A stretch of 64,000 nt of DNA from an uncultured Pseudomonadales bacterium (GTDB taxonomy: Bacteria > Pseudomonadota > Gammaproteobacteria > Pseudomonadales > JANQJO01). The DNA is taken from positions 11,986 to 75,985 of the forward strand of contig CAZECE010000071.1 of NCBI GenBank assembly GCA_964510525.1, given 5' to 3'. The notes beneath the pieces are model-generated. The model worked only from the letters and a program-made list of their open reading frames with translations. It was not told where the DNA came from and did not search any database. Of this stretch, positions 26,839 through 35,154 are shown piece by piece. A program made the position numbers and the translations under genes. Position 1 is the first letter of the stretch; each line of letters begins with the position of its first letter.

Positions 26839-27729
26839 TTAACGATGGTTAAATAACTGATCAAGTTTTTCTTCATACCGAGGATAATCTAAAAACTCAT
26901 ACAGCTCTTTTCGGGTTTGCATAGAATCCACAACGGAAGCTTGAGTCCCTTGTTCCCGGAGGGTTTTAAATACATTAAGTGCTGCAGCATTCATCGCTCG
27001 AAACGCCGACAAAGGGTAAAGCGCTAATTGAATCTTTGCTGACGCTAACTGTCCACACGTAAACAAGGGGGTCACACCAAATTCCGTCAGATTGGCTAAT
27101 ACGGGCACTGACACTCTCTCAGTAACCTCACGATAATCATCTAACGTCATCATGGCTTCAGCAAATATCATGTCAGCCCCGACCGCTTCGTAAGCACTGA
27201 TGCGATCCAGCATAGCGACTTTGCCTTCTACCGCCAACGCATCGGTTCTGGCCATCACGACAAAATCGCTGTCGGGCTTAGCATCAACAGCAGCTTTGAT
27301 TCGATCACACATTTCTTCGCAAGAGACCACGGCTTTATTGGGCCGATGACCACAGCGCTTTTGTTCGACTTGATCTTCAATGTGAACGGCGGCGACCCCA
27401 GCTCTGACCATTTGTCGAATAGTACGAGCAATATTAAAAACACCACCCCATCCGGTATCAATGTCTACTAACAAAGGCAAGGATGAGGCCGCGGTGATCC
27501 GACTCGCCTCTTCGACCACTTCAGACAAAGAGGTCATCGCTAAATCCGGCAACCCATAAGCGGCATTGGCCACACCAGCCCCCGACAAATATAAAGCGCG
27601 AAAGCCAACTTGCTCGGCCATAAGCGCACAATAGGCGTTGATCGTACCAATCACTTGTAAAGGCGTCTCTTGAGCAACAGCGTCACGAAACCGTTTTCCG
27701 GGCGAGATGTTTGTTAATTCTGTGTTCAA
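26839..27729 (-). CDS. prpB: 2-methylisocitrate lyase / PEP-mutase-isocitrate-lyase superfamily
   Basis: ISPGKRFRDAV...PLQVIGTINAY, LPLLVDIDTGWGG, EDQVEQKRCGHRPNK. Both candidate starts are TTG. TTG 27729 has AGGGG upstream and matches PrpB N-terminal length. The track start at 27822 would overlap the kinase gene. Confidence 0.8.
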   Translation of the reverse strand: MNTELTNISPGKRFRDAVAQETPLQVIGTINAYCALMAEQVGFRALYLSGAGVANAAYGLPDLAMTSLSEVVEEASRITAASSLPLLVDIDTGWGGVFNIARTIRQMVRAGVAAVHIEDQVEQKRCGHRPNKAVVSCEEMCDRIKAAVDAKPDSDFVVMARTDALAVEGKVAMLDRISAYEAVGADMIFAEAMMTLDDYREVTERVSVPVLANLTEFGVTPLFTCGQLASAKIQLALYPLSAFRAMNAAALNVFKTLREQGTQASVVDSMQTRKELYEFLDYPRYEEKLDQLFNHR

Positions 27730-27766
27730 GGAAGAACCCCTAACTGAAACCAGCTTTAGACCTAAA

Positions 27767-29434
27767 TCAGGCCTTATGCAATTTAAAAAAGCGATTACCT
27801 TCTTCGGGCTGCTTTTCAACAACCTTATTGCGCATCGACTGAGTTCTGGGCCAAATCAACGTAAAACGCGCCCCCCCCAAACTCGATCGATTGACGCTCG
27901 CAACACCACCATGCCAATAGGCAATTCGCTGCACAATAGACAAACCTAAACCATAGCCACCTGAGGCCCGCGTACGGCTATCATCCAACCGCGCAAAAGG
28001 CACAAACACCTTTTCCCATTTATCCGGCGGTATACCCACACCATCATCTTCCACATCAACGCGACACATCCCCCCTTCACAGGCCGTTGAAACGCGCACC
28101 CGCGATTTCGAATAACGTAACGCATTTCCCACCAGGTTTTGCACCACTCTATGTATGTAACGCTCTTCACATTCCACTAATTTAGAGCCACCTTCTTTGG
28201 GAGGCGTATGTTCAATAGTGATGTCAGTAGAAATAGTCGATGCTTCTTTTTTAACTTGCTCTAAAATCGAATTGATATCCACCATCTGTAAATTTAACGA
28301 TGGCGTCCCTTCTTCTAAGGCGGCATAAGTTAATATTTCATCAATCAGAGTTTCCAGCTCTTGAATATCTTCATCAATGTCTTTGATTTGTCGCACTCGT
28401 AAGTCGGCATCATCGGCATCTTGCAACATTTCCAGACCAAATCGAATTCTCGCCACGGGAGTTCTCAATTCATGAGACACCGCATTGGTCATTTCTCGTT
28501 GCGAACTGATCAACCGCTGAATATGCTCCGCCATATCATTAAAGGTCGACGCCAAACGCCCTAGGGCGTCATGACTGTCAACGGTCACGCGCGCGCTCAA
28601 ATCATCACGACGAATTTTAACAGCCGTTTCCTCCAAGCCCTTTAAGCGAATCAATAAGGGTTTTACTAAAGCATACGAAGCCAGCCCCATTGTTATGATC
28701 GCCACAATGCCGCAGACAATAAATAAATGAAACGGCAGCCAATCAAACAAGTTAACCGGCCCAAACACCAAATATTCCAGCTGACCAGGAATTTTCACCA
28801 CCACTTCCACAGTAGACAAATTATTCGCGCTGTTACGAAACAACATCACGACTTGGCCTTGCTCTAACCGCAAACGCTGACTGGCATCAACATCGATTTG
28901 TTCAATAGAACGCCGCTGAATCGGAAAACCAAACAAGGCTTGAAATCGAGCCAACATGGGTTCCCACTCAATCAGTGGGTATTGCTGTAAATTCTCCAGA
29001 ACGATTTCAATGGTGCCAACGATTTGCCTTTCCGTAAACTCCGCCATTTCACCATACAAAACCAACTGCTCCTCGGAAGGCACTTTCACCATCACATAAA
29101 TTGTATCACCAGTGAAATCTCGCCGGATATGCACCTCTCCTGCCGCCAAATCTCGCGGCACTATAGCGCCATCCCACTCGAGGCTGTCTGCCGACCGGAT
29201 TTGCAACCCCGCGCCGTAATGTTGTTGCACTCGACGAAACCATTGCTCGCGCTCTTCTTGATGCTTATCGACAAAGACATCAGCCACTATCCGAAAAGCA
29301 CCACGCAACATGGCTTCGTGATAAGCGGTATTAAAGTGAGTATTACTGCGAGTGATAAGAAAGTAGGAAATTAGACCAACCAACAACATGGAGGCCAACA
29401 TTCCCCCATAAATTCTGACAAAAATGCTGCCCAC
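27767..29434 (-). CDS. Sensor histidine kinase (two TM helices, ~200-aa periplasmic domain, HAMP, HisKA, HATPase)
   Basis: H-box SHELRTPVARIRFGLEML, N-box LVGNALRY, G1 DDGVGI, G2 GGYGLGLSIV. GTG start. Confidence 0.85.
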   Translation of the reverse strand: MGSIFVRIYGGMLASMLLVGLISYFLITRSNTHFNTAYHEAMLRGAFRIVADVFVDKHQEEREQWFRRVQQHYGAGLQIRSADSLEWDGAIVPRDLAAGEVHIRRDFTGDTIYVMVKVPSEEQLVLYGEMAEFTERQIVGTIEIVLENLQQYPLIEWEPMLARFQALFGFPIQRRSIEQIDVDASQRLRLEQGQVVMLFRNSANNLSTVEVVVKIPGQLEYLVFGPVNLFDWLPFHLFIVCGIVAIITMGLASYALVKPLLIRLKGLEETAVKIRRDDLSARVTVDSHDALGRLASTFNDMAEHIQRLISSQREMTNAVSHELRTPVARIRFGLEMLQDADDADLRVRQIKDIDEDIQELETLIDEILTYAALEEGTPSLNLQMVDINSILEQVKKEASTISTDITIEHTPPKEGGSKLVECEERYIHRVVQNLVGNALRYSKSRVRVSTACEGGMCRVDVEDDGVGIPPDKWEKVFVPFARLDDSRTRASGGYGLGLSIVQRIAYWHGGVASVNRSSLGGARFTLIWPRTQSMRNKVVEKQPEEGNRFFKLHKA

Positions 29435-29486
29435 ACTTGGTCTCTTTGATCGGATCGCTCAGGTTAGATAATGCTTAAAACCAAGC

Positions 29487-30251
29487 TTAATTATTTAACA
29501 CGTCTTTGACAAATAAATATCCCTTACTGCGCACCGTTTTAATACGACGTGGGTTCATGGGATCATCACCGACTTTCGGGCGAATTCGAGACACACGGAC
29601 ATCAATCGAACGATCTTGTCCATCGTATTCAATTCCTCTCAAGCGTTCGAAAATTTCTTCTCGAGATAAAATTTTTCCGGCGTTGGAAGCCAATAACCAG
29701 AGCAGGTCGTATTCAGCACTGGTGAGATCGACCGCATTACCTTCCAAGCGAACTTCTCGGGCTCCGTTATCAATCATTAAATCACCGAACTGCAACCGAT
29801 CTTGAGAACCCGTCTCCTGGGTTTCCTCAACCGTTTCCTGCCCTTCATTACGACGCAACAACGCACGAATACGAGCCAACAACACCCTGGGGCGAACAGG
29901 CTTTGGCACATAATCATCAGCCCCCATTTCCAAACCCAGGACTTGATCCACATCATCCGTTCGAGCAGTCAACATTAAAATGGGTTTGTGGTACTGACCT
30001 CGAACCTCTTTACAAACTTCCAAGCCATCTGCACCAGGTAACATCAAATCCAACACAACAAGATCAGGCTGATCTTCAATAATCTGATCGATAGCTTGCT
30101 TACCGTTATTAACAACACCCACTTCCAAGCCGTTACTTTCAAGATAATCCTTACTCAAGTTAGCAAGACGCTCATCATCTTCAACGATCAGAACCTTTGG
30201 CTTTTCACCTGATTGGTTTGCCCCCTGTGCTGCGCTCATATTTTGATCCAT
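29487..30251 (-). CDS. OmpR-family response regulator (RstA-like)
   Basis: REC domain (VLIVEDDERL, VVLDLMLPG, MLTAR, KPV) plus a winged-helix domain (RSIDVRVSRIRPKV...IKTVRSKGYLF). Confidence 0.9.
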   Translation of the reverse strand: MDQNMSAAQGANQSGEKPKVLIVEDDERLANLSKDYLESNGLEVGVVNNGKQAIDQIIEDQPDLVVLDLMLPGADGLEVCKEVRGQYHKPILMLTARTDDVDQVLGLEMGADDYVPKPVRPRVLLARIRALLRRNEGQETVEETQETGSQDRLQFGDLMIDNGAREVRLEGNAVDLTSAEYDLLWLLASNAGKILSREEIFERLRGIEYDGQDRSIDVRVSRIRPKVGDDPMNPRRIKTVRSKGYLFVKDVLNN

Positions 30252-30277
30252 GATACTTTCTCGCTACATGCTTTCCT

Positions 30278-30312
30278 GTTAAGGACTTTAAATTAATCCC
30301 GTTAAGGACTTT
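30278..30312. promoter_or_regulatory. 12-bp direct repeat GTTAAGGACTTT x2 upstream of the response-regulator gene
   Basis: Exact copies at 30278-30289 and 30301-30312 (23-bp period), 27-61 bp upstream of the regulator ATG. A third AGGACTT lies at 30382-30388. Confidence 0.3.
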
Positions 30313-30585
30313 GTAAAAACAACTCTCTTAAAAAATTCCGTCAAAAAAAAGTTTTCTCTTTTACGGTTTTCTATAGAGTATAGGACTTATTAAAATATTA
30401 GAAGACTTCGCGCCAAGCCACAATTTTATTCTTATTTTTCATACAAAATTGTTTTTTTAGACAGCATCAAAATGACATCTCAAAATCTCACACGCTGACA
30501 CAAGATCAAAGTTTAAACCAGGCAATCAAATACACACTTTATTCACAACTTACCCCCACGTTTTTCACTTGCAAAACAAAACCAT

Positions 30586-30633
30586 GCGCATTATCTTGTT
30601 GTTCTGATACAGCTATAACACAAGATGTTGGGG
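30586..30633 (+). promoter_or_regulatory. Candidate tandem NrdR boxes upstream of nrdA
   Basis: GCGCATTATCTTGTTG (30586-30601, ~10/16) and ACACAAGATGTTGGGG (30618-30633, ~12/16) compared with the remembered consensus acaCwAtATaTwGtgt. The start-to-start distance of 32 bp is typical of paired NrdR boxes. Confidence 0.4.
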
Positions 30634-30659
30634 CAACGCCTTTACATATTGGCCACCGA

Positions 30660-33632
30660 ATGAACACGCCACTAATCATGTCACCATGGAGTCAGTCAGC
30701 GCATATGGATCACGTTATAACGCCTAGTAAAACCCGCTCTTCAGCCAATATCCAACCTGAAAAAAACCAATCAATTGCGGACGCTTCTTATTCCACGGCA
30801 ACCCCTGCCACCCCAGGTGAGCTACGAGTCATCAAGCGCAATGGTGGCGTTATGCCGTTTTCCAACGACAAAATTCAAGTGGCTATTACTAAGGCTTTTT
30901 TAGCGGTCGAAGGCGCGGTAGCCACCAACTCAAACCGTATCCACGATACGGCCAACCAACTTGCCCAGCAAGTCATTGACACCTTCTCTCGCCGTTTACC
31001 CACCGGCGGCATTCTGCATATTGAAGAAATTCAAGATCAGGTAGAACTGGCTTTAATGCGTTCTGGCGAACACAAAGTAGCGCGCTCTTATGTACTGTAT
31101 CGCGAAGAGCGATCACGGCAACGGGCGGCCACCCGTCAAGAAAGTCATGCAGCCCCCTCTTCTCACGACCTTTGGGTCACCGCTGCCGATGGTTCCCATC
31201 AACCCTTGGATCTTGCACGCCTGAACACCATTATTGAAGAATCCTGTGATCTGCTTGAAGACGTCGATTCCGCCGTGGTCCTCGAAGAGACTCTGCGTAA
31301 TCTCTACCACAACATGCCAATAGACGAAGTACAAGCCGCTTTATTGATTGCATCTCGAACCCTTATTGAGCAGGACCCCAATTATAGTTTTGTCACCGCG
31401 CGCATTTTGCTCGACACCATTCGCAGCGCCAGCTTGTCATTTCTGGGCTTGGCCAGCCAAGCCACCCAAAGTGAAATGGCGCACTATTACCCTCTTGCGC
31501 TTAACGCTTTTATCGAGCAAGGCATTGAACTCGAGCTGCTGAGCCCCAAGCTGGCCGAATACGATCTGGCTGCTCTGGGCCAAGCACTTCAGCCTGAACG
31601 CGATCAACTCTTCACTTATTTAGGCTTACAAACTTTATTCGATCGTTATTTTTTACATCACGAGGACATTCGATTTGAATTGCCTCAAGTTTTCTTTATG
31701 CGCGTCGCGATGGGCTTGGCACACGAAGAAGAGGACAAAGAAGCACGTGCCATCGAGTTTTATGAAGTACTGTCTAAATTTGATTACATGAGCTCAACAC
31801 CGACATTATTTAATTCCGGCACCTTGAGACCTCAGCTGTCTTCTTGCTATCTAACCACTGTGCCTGATGACTTATACGGCATTTACAGCGCCGTACGAGA
31901 CAACGCCATGCTTTCTAAATGGGCAGGCGGCCTAGGCAACGACTGGACACCAGTGAGAGCATTAGGCGCTTACATTAAAGGCACCAACGGTCGCTCTCAG
32001 GGCGTGGTTCCGTTTTTGAAGGTAGCGAATGATACCGCCGTAGCCGTCAATCAGGGCGGCAAACGCAAAGGGGCTCTTTGTGCTTATCTAGAAACCTGGC
32101 ACCTTGACATTGAAGAGTTCATTGAGTTACGCAAAAACACCGGCGACGATCGACGCCGTACGCACGACATGAACACCGCCAACTGGATACCTGATTTATT
32201 CATGCAGCGCGTGTTTGAAGAAAAAGACTGGACACTGTTTTCGCCCAATGACGTACCCGACCTGCATGATCTTTACGGCAAAGCCTTCAACGAACGCTAT
32301 GAAGCCTATGAAGCTATGGCTCAAGCCGGCGATATCAAGCTGTTTAAAGTGGTTCCGGCGCAAACGTTATGGCGCAAAATGCTCTCCATGCTGTTTGAAA
32401 CAGGTCACCCTTGGATTACCTTTAAAGACGCTTGCAACATTCGCTCTCCTCAGCAACATGTTGGCGTCATACACTCTTCGAATCTATGCACTGAGATTAC
32501 GCTAAACACCAGCAATGATGAAATTGCCGTCTGCAACTTAGGTTCAATCAATCTCGTGAATCATCTTGAACCAACAGACAGTGGTTACCAGCTCAACCTT
32601 GAAAAGCTAAAAGTCACCGTAAATACCGCTATTCGCATGCTGGACAATGTCATCGACATTAATTACTACGCCGTACCTCAAGCTGAAAACTCCAACCACA
32701 AGCACCGGCCAATTGGCTTAGGCATGATGGGTTTCCAAGATGCCCTGTACTTACAGCAAATCCCATACGGCTCACAAGAAGCGGTTGAATTTGCCGATCG
32801 GTCGATGGAAGCGATCAGCTATTTCGCGATCGCCAGCTCAAATGCATTAGCCATTGAAAAAGGCAGCTATGAAACCTTCAAAGGTTCACTGTGGAGCCAA
32901 GGCATTCTGCCGATCGACTCACTGCAACAACTCAGAGACAGTCGCACCACGCTAGAGGGTAAGACTTACCTCAACATCAATACTGAGCAAACCCTAGATT
33001 GGGAAACCTTGCGCGACCAAGTCAAACAAACCGGTATTCGAAATTCCAATGTTCTGGCGATTGCGCCAACCGCGACCATCGCTAACATCATTGGTGTTTC
33101 CCAATCGATTGAGCCGACCTATCAAAACCTCTATGTAAAATCGAATCTCTCAGGCGAGTTTACAGTGGTCAATCCTTACTTGGTTCAGGCATTAAAATCG
33201 CTGGATTTATGGGATAACGTCATGGTCAATGATTTAAAATACTACGACGGCAGCATCCACAAAATTGACCGAATTCCCGAAGAACTCAAAGCCCTATTTA
33301 GCACGGCCTTTGAGGTTGAGCCTAAGTGGCTGGTGGAGTGTGGCAGTCGGCGCCAAAAGTGGATCGACCAAGCCCAAAGCTTGAATCTCTACATCAACGA
33401 AGCCAACGGTCGTAAGCTTGACATCACTTACCGCATGGCATGGTACTTAGGCTTAAAAACTACCTATTACCTCAGAGCCATTGGCGCAACGTCGACAGAG
33501 AAATCGACCGTGACCACGGGTCAATTAAACGCTGTTTCCAATCAAGGCACCAATGATCCGCAACCAACGGAAGCCGCCCCAATCCCATTGGCTTGTTCCA
33601 TCGACGACCCCGATTGCGAGGCCTGCCAATAG
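30660..33632 (+). CDS. nrdA: Ribonucleoside-diphosphate reductase alpha subunit, class Ia (Pseudomonas-type long form)
   Basis: ATP-cone LRVIKRNGGVMPF, active site SSNLCTEI, C-terminal redox pair CEAC. The exact start is uncertain: ATG 30660, 30678 or 30705, none with a good SD. Confidence 0.95.
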   Translation: MNTPLIMSPWSQSAHMDHVITPSKTRSSANIQPEKNQSIADASYSTATPATPGELRVIKRNGGVMPFSNDKIQVAITKAFLAVEGAVATNSNRIHDTANQLAQQVIDTFSRRLPTGGILHIEEIQDQVELALMRSGEHKVARSYVLYREERSRQRAATRQESHAAPSSHDLWVTAADGSHQPLDLARLNTIIEESCDLLEDVDSAVVLEETLRNLYHNMPIDEVQAALLIASRTLIEQDPNYSFVTARILLDTIRSASLSFLGLASQATQSEMAHYYPLALNAFIEQGIELELLSPKLAEYDLAALGQALQPERDQLFTYLGLQTLFDRYFLHHEDIRFELPQVFFMRVAMGLAHEEEDKEARAIEFYEVLSKFDYMSSTPTLFNSGTLRPQLSSCYLTTVPDDLYGIYSAVRDNAMLSKWAGGLGNDWTPVRALGAYIKGTNGRSQGVVPFLKVANDTAVAVNQGGKRKGALCAYLETWHLDIEEFIELRKNTGDDRRRTHDMNTANWIPDLFMQRVFEEKDWTLFSPNDVPDLHDLYGKAFNERYEAYEAMAQAGDIKLFKVVPAQTLWRKMLSMLFETGHPWITFKDACNIRSPQQHVGVIHSSNLCTEITLNTSNDEIAVCNLGSINLVNHLEPTDSGYQLNLEKLKVTVNTAIRMLDNVIDINYYAVPQAENSNHKHRPIGLGMMGFQDALYLQQIPYGSQEAVEFADRSMEAISYFAIASSNALAIEKGSYETFKGSLWSQGILPIDSLQQLRDSRTTLEGKTYLNINTEQTLDWETLRDQVKQTGIRNSNVLAIAPTATIANIIGVSQSIEPTYQNLYVKSNLSGEFTVVNPYLVQALKSLDLWDNVMVNDLKYYDGSIHKIDRIPEELKALFSTAFEVEPKWLVECGSRRQKWIDQAQSLNLYINEANGRKLDITYRMAWYLGLKTTYYLRAIGATSTEKSTVTTGQLNAVSNQGTNDPQPTEAAPIPLACSIDDPDCEACQ

Positions 33633-33707
33633 CCTAAAATTTTACTCGTTATTTAGTTTCACGTTACTTAAAGGACACACTGACAAACTCACGGAGAGAT
33701 CAGAATT

Positions 33708-35069
33708 ATGGTGTTAGACTGGGATACCTACCACGACGCAGACGCAAACAAAGCGGCTTCAAATAGTGAATCAGCCAAATCCTCTGCTGCCTCTGCAACA
33801 GAAGCGGCCAGCGAATCAACTAAGGCCGTATGGTCAGCCTTGGAACAACCTCAAGCACCTTCGTTTCAGCAAAAGCTAAAATTGAAGCCTGCAGCGCCCA
33901 CTGGCTCGGTTTCACAAAAAACGTCAAATCCGTTACCCGCTGCTGACACTCAGCCAAAAGCAGACATGAAACCAAAACTATCACCAAAAACTAAAGCCAA
34001 AAAGCAACCGCAGCAAAACCAAGAGAATCAAGAACAAGAAGCAACATCTTTTGCGGGCCGGATCAATGTGGATGACAAACGCATGATCAACTGCCGAGCG
34101 GACTTAAATCAATTAGTTCCTTTTAAGTACGACTGGGCCTGGCAGAAGTACCTAGACGGCTGCGCGAACCATTGGATGCCGCAAGAAATCAATATGACCG
34201 CAGATGTCAGCCTTTGGAAGGATCCAAACGGCCTTTCAGAAGACGAGCGCTTAATTGTCAAACGCAGCCTCGGTTTTTTCTCAACCGCAGACTCACTCGT
34301 GGCTAACAACCTAGTGCTCGCCATCTATCGATTAATCACCAACCCTGAATGCCGACAATACATCATTCGTCAAGCCTTCGAAGAAGCGATCCACACCCAC
34401 GCTTATCAATACTGCATTGAGTCCTTAGGCATGGACGAGGGCGAAATTTTTAACATGTATCGAGAAATACCCTCTGTCGCCCGTAAAGCCGAATGGGGCC
34501 TCAAATACACGCAAGACTTGGAAGACCCCAATTTCCAAACAGGCACCGATGAAGACGATCAACGCTTATTGAAAAACCTAATCGCGTTTTACTGCGTCTT
34601 GGAGGGGTTATTTTTCTACTGCGGCTTCACCCAAATACTGTCGATGGGTCGGCGCAACAAAATGACCGGCACAGCAGAGCAGTTTCAATACATTTTAAGA
34701 GATGAGTCGATGCATGTTAATTTTGGTATCGACGTTATCAACCAAATCAAAATTGAGAATCCTCACCTTTGGACTCCGGAGTTTCAAGCAGAAGTAGTTG
34801 AAATGCTGCGTGAAGGCACGCAATTAGAAATCGACTATGCTCGAGACACCATGCCACACGGCGTACTCGGTATGAACGCCAATATCATGGAAACTTATCT
34901 GCAATTCATCTGTAACCGACGCGCAGCACAATTGGGCTTACCCGAACAATTCCCCGGCGCCCAAAACCCCTTCCCCTGGATGTCGGAGATGATGGATCTG
35001 CGCAAAGAGAAAAATTTCTTTGAAACGCGCGTCACTGAATATCAAGTAGGTGGTGCTTTGAGTTGGTAG
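33708..35069 (+). CDS. nrdB: Ribonucleoside-diphosphate reductase beta subunit with low-complexity N-terminal extension
   Basis: [24 protein letters not shown] and diiron ligands EEAIHTHAY and [17 protein letters not shown]. Confidence 0.95.
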   Translation: MVLDWDTYHDADANKAASNSESAKSSAASATEAASESTKAVWSALEQPQAPSFQQKLKLKPAAPTGSVSQKTSNPLPAADTQPKADMKPKLSPKTKAKKQPQQNQENQEQEATSFAGRINVDDKRMINCRADLNQLVPFKYDWAWQKYLDGCANHWMPQEINMTADVSLWKDPNGLSEDERLIVKRSLGFFSTADSLVANNLVLAIYRLITNPECRQYIIRQAFEEAIHTHAYQYCIESLGMDEGEIFNMYREIPSVARKAEWGLKYTQDLEDPNFQTGTDEDDQRLLKNLIAFYCVLEGLFFYCGFTQILSMGRRNKMTGTAEQFQYILRDESMHVNFGIDVINQIKIENPHLWTPEFQAEVVEMLREGTQLEIDYARDTMPHGVLGMNANIMETYLQFICNRRAAQLGLPEQFPGAQNPFPWMSEMMDLRKEKNFFETRVTEYQVGGALSW

Positions 35070-35097
35070 ACACTCGCCGTAGCCATTCTTAAAACCC

Positions 35098-35136
35098 CTA
35101 CACTTGATGCGAAACACATCAACTGTAGTGTTTCGC
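35098..35136. terminator. Overlapping hairpins between convergent nrdB and the GGDEF gene (probable bidirectional terminator)
   Basis: CTACACTTGATG (35098-35109) pairs with CATCAACTGTAG (35117-35128) with one mismatch. GCGAAACAC (35109-35117) pairs perfectly with GTGTTTCGC (35128-35136). CTGTAG/CTACAG forms a third pairing. There is no strong U-tract. Confidence 0.45.
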
Positions 35137-35154
35137 TACAGAATAGGTAAGAGC

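Noticed and set aside
30377-30390. The 12-mer GTATAGGACTTA is shared between the nrdA/regulator intergenic region and 37038-37049.
   Set aside because: A single shared 12-mer is expected by chance many times in a 64-kb window (both strands). Only the local clustering of AGGACT units is reported, and that only as weak.
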